In this document: piece after piece, positions 30,290-38,678 of the stretch
Layout: every line of letters starts with the position of its first letter
Numbering within the stretch: position 1 is the first letter of the stretch
Virus record (IMG/VR): IMGVR_UViG_3300014572_000008
Reading direction: 5' to 3' (one strand)
DNA: 46,407 bases
Source: a virus
Made by a program: the position numbers and the translations under genes
The notes under the pieces: generated by a model
Told to the model about the DNA's origin: nothing
Seen by the model: only the letters and a program-made list of their open reading frames with translations
Database searches by the model: none

Positions 30290-32080
30290 TTATTTTCTTT
30301 TTACGATTCTCTGCACTTTTCCATTTCGGATTTCAATGATCTCATCAACCCACTCAGTATCCTTTCTGGCAAATATTTTTTCAATTTGCGCATCTATTGT
30401 TTTTTCGTCAAGCTTGGTCTTGGTGACATCCAGAATAAACCGCTGCCCCTGCTTGGCTGCCTTTTTCACACGATTGAAAATCGTATTTCCCCCGGCTTTT
30501 TCTCCGAGCGTTTTCAGGTCATACGCTTCCCCTCGGAAAATATAGTCCGGTGTGGACACCCCCTGCGGATTATTGACACGCGGAACTAGCCCAATTTCGC
30601 CGCCGAATTCCTTTTCAAGGAGTCCGGCAATTTCTTTTTCGTGCTCTGTGTGGTCAAGCACGACATTATGCCCGTCGACCTTGTATGTAACGCCGTTTGC
30701 AGTATACTCCTGCAAGTCCTGTACAGTGTGGCTGTTCGGAGTGGCCTCCGCGCGCCACTTTTCCGTTACGTCGGTGTATCTCGGCTGAAAGCCGGCGCTT
30801 TCTGCTGGTTCTGTGTTGGTCGGAGGTTCCACCCGCTCAACCGTTTTCGCTTTGCTGGCCGCAGCCTCGGATTTTGCGTCTGTATACAGAACCCTTGTCC
30901 GCTCCGGCTGCTCTGGCAGTCCTGCTGCCTTGCTGAAATCATGGTATTTCGTGTTCAGGCGGCGCAGCTTGGCTGCTGCGGCGGTCTCCTTGTCCTTTTG
31001 TCCGGATGCTTTATAGGCGTTTTTCAAACGCTTCTGTTTGCGAATCGACCGTTCGAGCCGTCTTTGCATTTGGGTCGCTTCGTACGCGGTATATTTCTTC
31101 CCGTCAAACTCGCAGCCGAGACCATCATCAATGTGTTCCAGCTGCTCCTCGGAATAGGTTGGCTCCATGACGCCCGGGATATAGGCGTGCTTATAGTGTC
31201 GGCAATTTGCGCCGGTCAGGCCGTCTACATAGCCGTAGCCTGTCGTTTCCACAAAATCTTTGTACTGTCCAAGCGGGTCAGGCTCCCCGTTCTCGCTTTT
31301 GTAATAAATGCGCCCCTGCCAATCCTTGTGGCTCGACCACGGGGACGGGCCGGGCTTGTCTCGTGCGCCGGAGTGGGCTGTGATCTCAAAATACCGGGTA
31401 TCCAGATATTCCGCCGACTGGTCGGAATACTTGTCGCAGATTTGCGCCACGCCCGTCATAACGGCCCGGCGGGCGGCCACGTCGATTTGATCTGTGTGTC
31501 CGCTCTCATAGTCTACGACTTTGATTCCGCTTTCTGCCAGCTGCTTGACGGCGTTGGCAATCGCCTGATTATAGCTGATCGCCCCGCTCTGAATTTGCAG
31601 CGTTGACGAATTTAGGGCCCACTGATATGCTTGCGCAGGCGGAAGCATTCTCTGGCCATTGTCCACTAAAAACCCCAAAGATTGCGTCAGATTTCGGAAT
31701 TCTCCGAGCGTCTGCCTGCGGATCGCGTCGATATCGGAGGCGTCTACCAGCCGGTCAGGCTTCGTCACATCGGCCAGCGTAATAAGGTCGTTGTAATATC
31801 GCCGGTTGCGCTCCACAACATCGTCGAGCAGCTTGTTCAGTTTTTCTTCGCTGACGTCCGCTGTCTTCTGGATGGCCCTTTTGATCTTCTTGAGATCAAT
31901 GCCGTGCGACCGCAGCGCCCGGATATCCTGAACCGTTACTTCGTTGAGCTGATCGGCAATTTTAAGCCGGGAACAGACTTCATCCAGCAGCGTATCTTCC
32001 AGCGCACGGAACAGCTCCGCGAGTTCTTCCGGGAGGGCGTCGAGCAGCTCCGGACTGAACGGATACTTGACCTTTCTCAT
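30290..32080 (-). CDS. Minor head (MuF / SPP1 gp7-type) protein fused to a C-terminal PD-(D/E)xK nuclease toxin-like domain
   Basis: 596 aa; N-terminal about 390 aa resemble minor capsid protein 2; Ala/Pro/Glu linker; last about 150 aa carry HEKEIAGLLEKEF - GEIGLVPRV - STPDYIF - GEAYDLKTL; follows the portal gene. Confidence 0.85.
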   Translation of the reverse strand: MRKVKYPFSPELLDALPEELAELFRALEDTLLDEVCSRLKIADQLNEVTVQDIRALRSHGIDLKKIKRAIQKTADVSEEKLNKLLDDVVERNRRYYNDLITLADVTKPDRLVDASDIDAIRRQTLGEFRNLTQSLGFLVDNGQRMLPPAQAYQWALNSSTLQIQSGAISYNQAIANAVKQLAESGIKVVDYESGHTDQIDVAARRAVMTGVAQICDKYSDQSAEYLDTRYFEITAHSGARDKPGPSPWSSHKDWQGRIYYKSENGEPDPLGQYKDFVETTGYGYVDGLTGANCRHYKHAYIPGVMEPTYSEEQLEHIDDGLGCEFDGKKYTAYEATQMQRRLERSIRKQKRLKNAYKASGQKDKETAAAAKLRRLNTKYHDFSKAAGLPEQPERTRVLYTDAKSEAAASKAKTVERVEPPTNTEPAESAGFQPRYTDVTEKWRAEATPNSHTVQDLQEYTANGVTYKVDGHNVVLDHTEHEKEIAGLLEKEFGGEIGLVPRVNNPQGVSTPDYIFRGEAYDLKTLGEKAGGNTIFNRVKKAAKQGQRFILDVTKTKLDEKTIDAQIEKIFARKDTEWVDEIIEIRNGKVQRIVKRK

Positions 32081-33468
32081 TCGACCTCAGCCGGGGCGTT
32101 TGCATCTGTCATGTCCTGCGCCCTCGGCAGCATTGCCTTTGCTGTCGCTTCGTCCTCGCCGTACCACTTTGCGCGGTATTCCCAGTGGTTCAGAATTCCA
32201 TCAGCGAGGTCAAGCCGGTCGTTTGCCCGCTCTTGTTCCTTCTTCTCAGCGTCGTCAAGGACGGAATCGCCCCAACTGTAATCGGCGTTGTACGTCCCGG
32301 CAGGCGCGAGGTTATAGAGTGTTGCGTATGTATCGAGCGCATAGAGCAGGCTGTCAAACGTGTGCTCAAGCGCCGTCTGGATGCTGTCGATCAGCACATA
32401 TTTGCGCTGCTTGCTGTTGCGGATCTCCGTCGCCGTCTTCTCGATGGTCTGCGGGTCGGAAATATCTCCATAAGCCAATCCGACGTTGAACTCGATACGG
32501 CGAAGCGTATTCTGGAAACCTCGGTAGATTGCTTCGTCGCGGATCTGCGGCTCGATGTACTGAAAGAATTCGCCGCTAGGGGAGAACGGTCCCAGTTCAA
32601 ACATACGCTTGTTGAACATATCCGCAGTCGAACTCGTGCCATCCATCAGGACTTTGCGCTCGCTGGAGCGATATTCCCAGCGCAGGCGCTCCCACTGCTC
32701 ATCGGCCTGCTTGATCAGCTGCACAGTAGCCGCGTCTCCGTAGACGGACATTCCGCAGGGGCTGTTTGCGTCCGTTGTGTTGGCCGCAGGCGGGCGGAAG
32801 TACGCGAAGAGCGGCCCGCTCATATCCTGGATCGTGATTTCCGGCTGAATGTCCGCCCATTCCGGGACGGCATTCAGGGGTGCTTCCGCGCCGACCGTGC
32901 CGGAGGCGTCGCTGTAATATGCTTTATTGCGGATCGTATAGGTCGTGCCGTCCAGCTCGTGCGATTCGAGGCGGATATAATACTTCCCGCCCACTTTCGC
33001 GGGCTTGTCCCGGAAGACGCCTCCGATGCAGCGCCCGGCAGGATCAAATTTCGTCGGCTGGAACGCCGCCGCGCCGGTCACGTCGACCAGCAGCTGCTCA
33101 CCGTAGATATACGGCTTAAATGCCACGCCGCCGAGCGCAAGCCCCAGTTCTAAGGCGCTGTGAAAATTCTCTTCCGCCCGCTCAAAGCAGTCTTTCAGAT
33201 AATCCGCACGGGCGCTGCCGGTGATGTTAGCCGTCAGCTCGGCCAGCGTCGGTCGCGCGATCTCCCGGCAGATCGCCGCCGGAAGCCCGACAGCAATGAC
33301 ATCGCACGTCTGCCAGGGTGGATTTCCAATAAACATCGCGTACCAGAGGCTTATATTCTGCTCCATCTTCGGGCTGACTGCCGGAGATACGCCGAATTCC
33401 CGCTCGGCAACCGCCTGCGGGAAAAGCATATTCCGGAACCACCCTCGAATGTTTGTCAAAAGGCTCAT
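32077..33468 (-). CDS. Portal protein (SPP1 gp6-like)
   Basis: 463 aa from ATG 33468 (ATGA overlap with TerL stop); size and position. Confidence 0.85.
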   Translation of the reverse strand: MSLLTNIRGWFRNMLFPQAVAEREFGVSPAVSPKMEQNISLWYAMFIGNPPWQTCDVIAVGLPAAICREIARPTLAELTANITGSARADYLKDCFERAEENFHSALELGLALGGVAFKPYIYGEQLLVDVTGAAAFQPTKFDPAGRCIGGVFRDKPAKVGGKYYIRLESHELDGTTYTIRNKAYYSDASGTVGAEAPLNAVPEWADIQPEITIQDMSGPLFAYFRPPAANTTDANSPCGMSVYGDAATVQLIKQADEQWERLRWEYRSSERKVLMDGTSSTADMFNKRMFELGPFSPSGEFFQYIEPQIRDEAIYRGFQNTLRRIEFNVGLAYGDISDPQTIEKTATEIRNSKQRKYVLIDSIQTALEHTFDSLLYALDTYATLYNLAPAGTYNADYSWGDSVLDDAEKKEQERANDRLDLADGILNHWEYRAKWYGEDEATAKAMLPRAQDMTDANAPAEVE

Positions 33469-34640
33469 TTCTTGATTTCTCTCCTCAAAACGGTCATGCA
33501 GAAATATCGAATCGCGTCCATGCAATGGTCGTTTTCTTTTATCACGCGGTCTTCGCCTGCGTCTTTGTCCCAGCTATAAAGTCCAAATTCCCGAAACGCG
33601 TTTTTGCAACTCTCATGGAATTTGATTATGCCGCTTTTGATGCAGGCCCCCGTGAAACGAATGCCGTCCAGCACGGCGTTGTTTGCTTTCCATGCAGAAA
33701 ACTTTCCGTGCCGCCGGATGCACTCGGCAAAGGACGCTGCCGATGGGTCGAGCACGACACGCTCAATGCGGTATCCGTCCGCGAATGCCTCTAAATCCTG
33801 ATAATATTCTTCGTCAGTCTTCTGCCGCCCGCTCTCGCGCCCGCTGTGGTAATATTCTTTCTCCATGACGGCCTTGCCGCCATATTCCCGCCACAATGCA
33901 AAGACGGTAGGGTTCTGTGTGCCGTAGTCCGATGAGATCCAGTACCGCCCCGGCCCGCCCCGCTCACTCGTGACGTTTCTGGCCCGATCAAACATTGGGT
34001 AAACCAGACCCTCGGCGATTCTCCAGAGGCCGAGAATGTAGCGGTCGTAATAAACCGTCCCTTCGTATTCTTTTTTCAGATTTTCTTTAAAAGATTCCGG
34101 CAGGAACGGATTGTCGTCGATCGTGTATGTCTGGCTGAAAATATCCGCGTTGCTATCGAGGAATTTTTTCAGCCAGTGGTCAGGATATTGCGGATTGAAC
34201 GTCCCATCAAAACAGGAGTATTCCTTATCAAGACGGCTTTTTAGCAGTGCGAAGACTTCGTCCGACCAGTCCGCGACCTCGTCGCCGTAGCAATATTTAA
34301 TCGACGCGCCGCGGATCTTTGAAACCTGAGAAACCTTTTCCGCACCGAGGCAATAGCACTTTTCCCCGAAAATCCACGCTGTGTTGTCGCTGGAGATTGT
34401 TCCGACAAGCATATCGCCATACAGGTTCCGCATCGGCTCCAGCACATTTCGCTCAATCGTGGATTTTGTTACGCCGAGAATGACGGCCAGACCATCTTTT
34501 CCGATTCGCTCACGAATCCGGATCGGTATGATCCATCGAAAATCGAGGTAAGTCTTCCCACTTCTGGTGGCTCCGCCCTTGAAGTTCCATCGATGCGTCC
34601 CGTATTTTACAAATTCACGTTGTTTCGGACTTAACAGCAT
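33465..34640 (-). CDS. terL: Terminase large subunit (PBSX-type)
   Basis: 391 aa; Walker A GGATRSGKTY, ...YGDEVADW..., C-terminal nuclease region with DHCMDAIRY. Confidence 0.95.
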   Translation of the reverse strand: MLLSPKQREFVKYGTHRWNFKGGATRSGKTYLDFRWIIPIRIRERIGKDGLAVILGVTKSTIERNVLEPMRNLYGDMLVGTISSDNTAWIFGEKCYCLGAEKVSQVSKIRGASIKYCYGDEVADWSDEVFALLKSRLDKEYSCFDGTFNPQYPDHWLKKFLDSNADIFSQTYTIDDNPFLPESFKENLKKEYEGTVYYDRYILGLWRIAEGLVYPMFDRARNVTSERGGPGRYWISSDYGTQNPTVFALWREYGGKAVMEKEYYHSGRESGRQKTDEEYYQDLEAFADGYRIERVVLDPSAASFAECIRRHGKFSAWKANNAVLDGIRFTGACIKSGIIKFHESCKNAFREFGLYSWDKDAGEDRVIKENDHCMDAIRYFCMTVLRREIKK

Positions 34641-35031
34641 CTTGGAACTCCTTCAGCATCGAATCAAGCTTCTCCATTGTCGTCCTGTTGCGGTCGGAAG
34701 CTGCCGCGTATCGCTTCATGAGACTGTCACCGGCTTTCAGCCGGTCGGACAGCGATGCGTCCATGCCGAACTGGTCTTTGACCTCCCCGCGCATGACGGC
34801 AGTGTAAAATTTCAGAATTTCGTTGGAATCTGCGACAAGCGCCGCTTCCTGTTCGTCCAGCCTGCGCTTTATATACGCAGAAATAGCTGGTTTTGACAGG
34901 TTTTCTGCCGCAATCACTCTGCATGATGTTTCTTTGTACCCGGCCTTTTTCGCTGCTTCTGTCGCGTTCCCGGATTTTAGATATTCTTCGCAGAATCGTC
35001 TCTGCTTCGGCGTAAGTTTTTCATCCGCCAT
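34615..35031 (-). CDS. terS: Terminase small subunit
   Basis: 138 aa; LTPKQRRFCEEYLKSGNATEAAKKAGY HTH typical of Terminase_2. Confidence 0.85.
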   Translation of the reverse strand: MADEKLTPKQRRFCEEYLKSGNATEAAKKAGYKETSCRVIAAENLSKPAISAYIKRRLDEQEAALVADSNEILKFYTAVMRGEVKDQFGMDASLSDRLKAGDSLMKRYAAASDRNRTTMEKLDSMLKEFQDAVKSETT

Positions 35032-35257
35032 CGCTGTAAAGCCCGGCCAGCAGCTTCACCACATCCGCAATCTGGTAAGTTTCCAGCAAAGTGACATTCT
35101 TCGGTTTTTCATTAGGTCGATATTCGTAAACCATGTATTTCGTCACCATCCTGTCATTTTTCGCGGAATAGATCTGCATTTGATTGATTTTTATTTTGAT
35201 TCCGTTGTACAAGAGCGCTGTTTGCAGCTTGTGTGCAAGGGCGCGCAAACTCGCCAT
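35021..35257 (-). CDS. Hypothetical protein upstream of terS
   Basis: 78 aa from ATG 35257 (AAGGAG 6 nt upstream). Confidence 0.5.
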   Translation of the reverse strand: MASLRALAHKLQTALLYNGIKIKINQMQIYSAKNDRMVTKYMVYEYRPNEKPKNVTLLETYQIADVVKLLAGLYSDGG

Positions 35258-35284
35258 AGCCGCTCCTTTCTGCCTCATTCTTTC

Positions 35285-35342
35285 GTTCTCGTGTCTCCGT
35301 GTGTGAATAAATATATTTATTCACACCGGAGAACACGAGAAC
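35285..35342. repeat. 58-bp near-perfect palindrome between the late activator and the packaging genes
   Basis: Arms GTTCTCGTGTCTCCGTGTGTGAATAAATA / TATTTATTCACACCGGAGAACACGAGAAC; two single-base bulges; AT-rich centre. Confidence 0.7.
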
Positions 35343-35384
35343 AGGAGGAGGAGGTTTCCGCAGAACGCTGCGGTGCCGATGAAG

Positions 35385-35413
35385 AAGGGCGTAGAGTTGA
35401 TCTCTACGCCCTT
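35385..35413 (-). terminator. Weak terminator candidate after the late-activator gene
   Basis: AAGGGCGTAGAG / CTCTACGCCCTT 12-bp stem; only a poor T-run (CTTCTTC). Confidence 0.35.
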
Positions 35414-35452
35414 ATAGTAAATGTTAAATTTGGCTCTGGGACGCAGACTTTT

Positions 35453-35743
35453 TCATAAAAGCCCTCTTTTTTGCCCCACAAGGCGAATAAATTGCCTGTG
35501 CCATTCCTGCGCGGTGCGTTCGGATACATAAACCGCCATTGCAGCGCCCTGTAAGGTGTGCGTCCGCTTCCAAAGAACCAAGTCTATGAGCCGGAGTCTC
35601 TCCGCGCCGTCAACGAGCCGTTCCGTCTCCGCGATTGCCTCCGCAACGGCAGCGCGCTCGGCCCTCGTCATCAGCCCGCCGCCCTTATAGCTGCGAATCA
35701 TCCATTTTGCATAGGCCCACCAGCCGTATCGCGGCGTGCTCAT
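35453..35743 (-). CDS. Late-gene transcriptional activator candidate (RinA/ArpU-like position)
   Basis: 96 aa; HTH LQGAAMAVYVSERTAQEWHRQFI; last early gene before the packaging operon. Confidence 0.6.
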   Translation of the reverse strand: MSTPRYGWWAYAKWMIRSYKGGGLMTRAERAAVAEAIAETERLVDGAERLRLIDLVLWKRTHTLQGAAMAVYVSERTAQEWHRQFIRLVGQKRGLL

Positions 35744-35782
35744 TTGAAAACTCCCGCGTCTTCATCGTCATACTTTGCACCC

Positions 35783-36043
35783 TTAATCTGTTCCATCGTC
35801 TACGCCCTCCATCATGGCCTTGATTTCTGCGGCATTTGCCTTGATAATGTCCAACACGATATCGCTCTGGATATGGTGGGCAAACACGGCCTTGTCCTGT
35901 GCGTCCGCATTGTAGTAGCCCGTAAGCGTATTGCCCGATTCCGTTTTTGCCACAATCGCGATTGCAAGCGGCTTGGATTTATAGAGCGCTTGCAACGCCT
36001 TTTCCAGCCACGCCGCATATTCCTGCTCTGTGATCCCGCTCAT
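35783..36043 (-). CDS. Hypothetical protein (86 aa)
   Basis: ATG 36043 overlaps upstream TGA; GGGAGG upstream; MSGITEQEYAAWLEKALQ... Confidence 0.55.
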   Translation of the reverse strand: MSGITEQEYAAWLEKALQALYKSKPLAIAIVAKTESGNTLTGYYNADAQDKAVFAHHIQSDIVLDIIKANAAEIKAMMEGVDDGTD

Positions 36044-36273
36044 CAGTAATGTTGCCTCCCTTCGCGCTTTGCGCGGTTCGCATCGTGCAGCGTCCGCATA
36101 CAGCCCCGTGTCGTTGCATATCTCGCCGCGTCCTTTGATTGCTCCTGCTTGTATCTGTCCGCCTCCCGGCGGAATGCTATGTATCGGGTGCAGTCCGTGT
36201 GACAGCCGGTGTGCCTGTCCGCACAGCCTTTGCACGGAGCCTGCACCGGTGTAAGCCCTAGATTTCCCTGCAT
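36043..36273 (-). CDS. Cys/His-rich small protein (76 aa)
   Basis: CKGCADRHTGCHTDC motif; ATG 36273 after GAGGGTGG. Confidence 0.5.
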   Translation of the reverse strand: MQGNLGLTPVQAPCKGCADRHTGCHTDCTRYIAFRREADRYKQEQSKDAARYATTRGCMRTLHDANRAKREGRQHY

Positions 36274-36599
36274 TCGTCCACCCTCACACATACGCGCTTG
36301 CCGCCCACCTCGACGACATAGCCCGTCCGGTTTGACCTGTATTTGTATTTCTCGGCGGGATAGACCCGCCCGCAGACAGGCCGCATTTCTGGATATACCG
36401 GGATCGAGCACGTGATCAGGATCCGCACGCGCTCCGCCCGGCCCATCACAGCGTCCCTATGTGCCGTCCAGGCGCACGCTTCGCTGCAAAAATTATATTT
36501 TGCCTTGTACTTCGACGGTGCGCGCATAAACGTTTTCCCGCAGGCATCGCACGTCAGCTGCATCGGCGGTCTTGGTGGCTTTCGCTGCGTCTTGCTCAT
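36258..36599 (-). CDS. Zinc-finger protein (113 aa)
   Basis: CDACGKTF...CSEACAW; ATG 36599 after GGTGGAGG. Confidence 0.55.
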   Translation of the reverse strand: MSKTQRKPPRPPMQLTCDACGKTFMRAPSKYKAKYNFCSEACAWTAHRDAVMGRAERVRILITCSIPVYPEMRPVCGRVYPAEKYKYRSNRTGYVVEVGGKRVCVRVDECREI

Positions 36600-36757
36600 G
36601 GCCTCCACCCGGAAATCCATTTTGCCTTCTCCCATTCCGTCAGCGTGCAAAACTTGATATAATCCGGCAGATCCGAATTGAGAATCGCTTCTCTTATCAA
36701 AAGCGAAACAAACACGGCAGCCGCAAATAAAAGCAGCATTTCAACGAATTTTTTCAC
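36596..36757 (-). CDS. Small membrane protein (53 aa, below ORF-track cutoff)
   Basis: GTG 36757 directly after the RuvC-like TAA; VKKFVEMLLLFAAAVFVSLLIREAIL...; its TGA overlaps the next ATG (ATGA). Confidence 0.45.
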   Translation of the reverse strand: MKKFVEMLLLFAAAVFVSLLIREAILNSDLPDYIKFCTLTEWEKAKWISGWRP

Positions 36758-37258
36758 TTACAGCTTTACCCCCCTTATGTACTTATCAAAATACGTTGTT
36801 GCTACCGCCATAGCCGCCCACATGTCCGCGGAGAAACCGTAAAAGAAACCGGGGTTCTTCTTTGTTCCCTTGCCGTAGTTCGGCTGACCGGGCGCGTAGC
36901 GGTCGACGAGGGCTTGTCTAATGTTTGCATCCTTCGCCGACGCTCTGCCGCATAAGTAAAGCTTCTCTTCCCGGCGGAAGATCTTCTGTATCTGGTACCC
37001 CTTCCGGTAAAGCTCGGCATATTCCCAGAACCGTCCAATCCAGAAGCAGGTGTCAAACACCTCTTGACCGACTGGCATTCCCATACCGGCAACCATTTCG
37101 ATTGCCAAGTGCTGATACTCCCGGCAGAGAACGGGGAATATCTCCCCGTTCGGAACTTTCCCAACGTCCAGCACCTTCCGGATTTCCTGCCCGTCGTGCT
37201 CTACGAGGACATACCCTGATTCCATATTCCCCGGGTCAATCGCCAGAATTGTTCCCAT
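36758..37258 (-). CDS. RuvC-like Holliday junction resolvase
   Basis: 166 aa from ATG 37258 (AGGAGGA upstream); MGTILAIDPGNMESGYVL, HLAIEMV, FSADMWAAMAVA acidic motifs. Confidence 0.8.
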   Translation of the reverse strand: MGTILAIDPGNMESGYVLVEHDGQEIRKVLDVGKVPNGEIFPVLCREYQHLAIEMVAGMGMPVGQEVFDTCFWIGRFWEYAELYRKGYQIQKIFRREEKLYLCGRASAKDANIRQALVDRYAPGQPNYGKGTKKNPGFFYGFSADMWAAMAVATTYFDKYIRGVKL

Positions 37259-37421
37259 CTTTTTCCTCCTTTTTCGCAAGGGCTCCGGCATAGTACAGCT
37301 TGCAACGGTTTATCTCAATCCACTGCCATGCATCGTCTTTGTAAATCAAAAACAAATTTGCATACGAGTCGACGGCATACACCGTAAAAATACCGCCGGA
37401 TAAAAGCTCAATCTGAAACAT
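37236..37421 (-). CDS. Small hypothetical protein (61 aa)
   Basis: ATG 37421 after GGAGGGGAGGAGG. Confidence 0.45.
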   Translation of the reverse strand: MFQIELLSGGIFTVYAVDSYANLFLIYKDDAWQWIEINRCKLYYAGALAKKEEKDGNNSGD

Positions 37422-37719
37422 TGTCGTCACCTCCTCCCCTCCGTTCTCCGTAGCTGCAAAAATCGTCAGGTTTCGGTGCGTCCTCTGGGGTAATCCGAAC
37501 GACATGAAACATCTTGCAGCCATACCACTCTCCACCGTTGTTGTCCGCAAACCACTTGCAATTTTTGCACCGCGTCACGATCACGGCATCGTCTACGGTC
37601 GGCACCCTGTCAATCAGCGTGCATGTATTGTCGTCTTGAAGGTCCGAACAGCACCCGCAGTCTCCCACGCATTGCTCTTTATTCAGCTTTTTGGCTTCGT
37701 CGGCGTCAATCAGTCGCAT
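37408..37719 (-). CDS. Cys-rich zinc-ribbon paralog 4
   Basis: MRLIDADEAKKL..., CKNCKWF, ...FCSYGERR; ATG 37719 after GGAGGG. Confidence 0.6.
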   Translation of the reverse strand: MRLIDADEAKKLNKEQCVGDCGCCSDLQDDNTCTLIDRVPTVDDAVIVTRCKNCKWFADNNGGEWYGCKMFHVVRITPEDAPKPDDFCSYGERRGGGDDNVSD

Positions 37720-38029
37720 CGCCGTTCCCTCCATCCATCTTCGCCCCGCAGTTGGGGCAGTATTTGTAATTCAGCAAGCTCACGTCATCGTCCGTCTCAA
37801 AGCACCACTCTTCGCTGCAAAGGGAGCACTGAATTGTCGTGAGGCTATTCCAGTCATCATCTGCTCGCAGCCATTCCCCATGCACCACCTCCGCAACGTC
37901 GGCGGCGGGCACTTTCGCAAGTTTATCGAACAATCGGCTTACCCTCATCACGGGCGCCATGCACGCCTCGCTTACCCATTCATTCGCTGCTTTCACCGCC
38001 GCTTCGCGGCTGATATAGCCTTCAAGCAT
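37706..38029 (-). CDS. Zinc-ribbon paralog 3
   Basis: GYISREAAVKA..VVHGEW..CSLC...YCPNCGAKMD. Confidence 0.65.
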   Translation of the reverse strand: MLEGYISREAAVKAANEWVSEACMAPVMRVSRLFDKLAKVPAADVAEVVHGEWLRADDDWNSLTTIQCSLCSEEWCFETDDDVSLLNYKYCPNCGAKMDGGNGDATD

Positions 38030-38291
38030 CGTTCATCCTCCTCATTTTTGCTCCGCAGTCCTCGCAGTAAGATGCACGGTAGTCATCCCATTCGTGTTCT
38101 TCGCCGCAATTTGAGCAGATTTGCATACCGTCTTCCTCCAGCCATACGCCATACACAATCGGCGCAGCATCGGCAGTGCGCTGACGCAGCAGGAGCGTTT
38201 TCACCCGCTGAGGTGTCCAGTTCGGATTGTGAGCGTTGCTGGCTTCAAAATCTTCCAGCGCCGCTTCGCGGCTGATGTAATCCGCCATCAT
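38022..38291 (-). CDS. Zinc-ribbon paralog 2
   Basis: DYISREAALEDF..VYGVW..CSNCG...YCEDCGAKM. Confidence 0.65.
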   Translation of the reverse strand: MMADYISREAALEDFEASNAHNPNWTPQRVKTLLLRQRTADAAPIVYGVWLEEDGMQICSNCGEEHEWDDYRASYCEDCGAKMRRMNDA

Positions 38292-38678
38292 TTATCCCTC
38301 CGAAATTTCCGCTCCGCACATTGGGCAAAACGGCGTTGGCGTCCACGGTTCTTCTGTGTATCCATCATACGAGCAGCAGTCAGGGAACTCCCAGCCGCAG
38401 ACAGTACAGCATCCATCAAGCCACCTGCCGTGCCGGATGGTCCGAGTTTTGCCGCCTGCTGCGTTCCACGCTGCAACCGCGTTTTCCGGATCTTCGTCGC
38501 TTTCATCAAAGACCTGCCCCATTGCGTGGCATGTCTGGCATTCGACCCACGATGGCTCGACTTCGATGTCTGCCCCAACATAAGCACCGTTCCTATCAAT
38601 TTCCGGAATCGTATAGACTCTGCCTCCCATGAGTTTTGCTTTGCCTCCGCAGAACGGACACCGTTTCACTTCATCCAA
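38292..38678 (-). CDS. Lar-like (restriction alleviation family) zinc-ribbon protein fused to a second ribbon
   Basis: KRCPFCGGKAKL...CQTCHAMG...ENAVAAWN as in Lar-family proteins; C-terminal HGRWLDGCCTVCG..FCPMCGAEI like the paralogs; start TTG 38678 or GTG 38669. Confidence 0.65.
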   Translation of the reverse strand: MDEVKRCPFCGGKAKLMGGRVYTIPEIDRNGAYVGADIEVEPSWVECQTCHAMGQVFDESDEDPENAVAAWNAAGGKTRTIRHGRWLDGCCTVCGWEFPDCCSYDGYTEEPWTPTPFCPMCGAEISEG

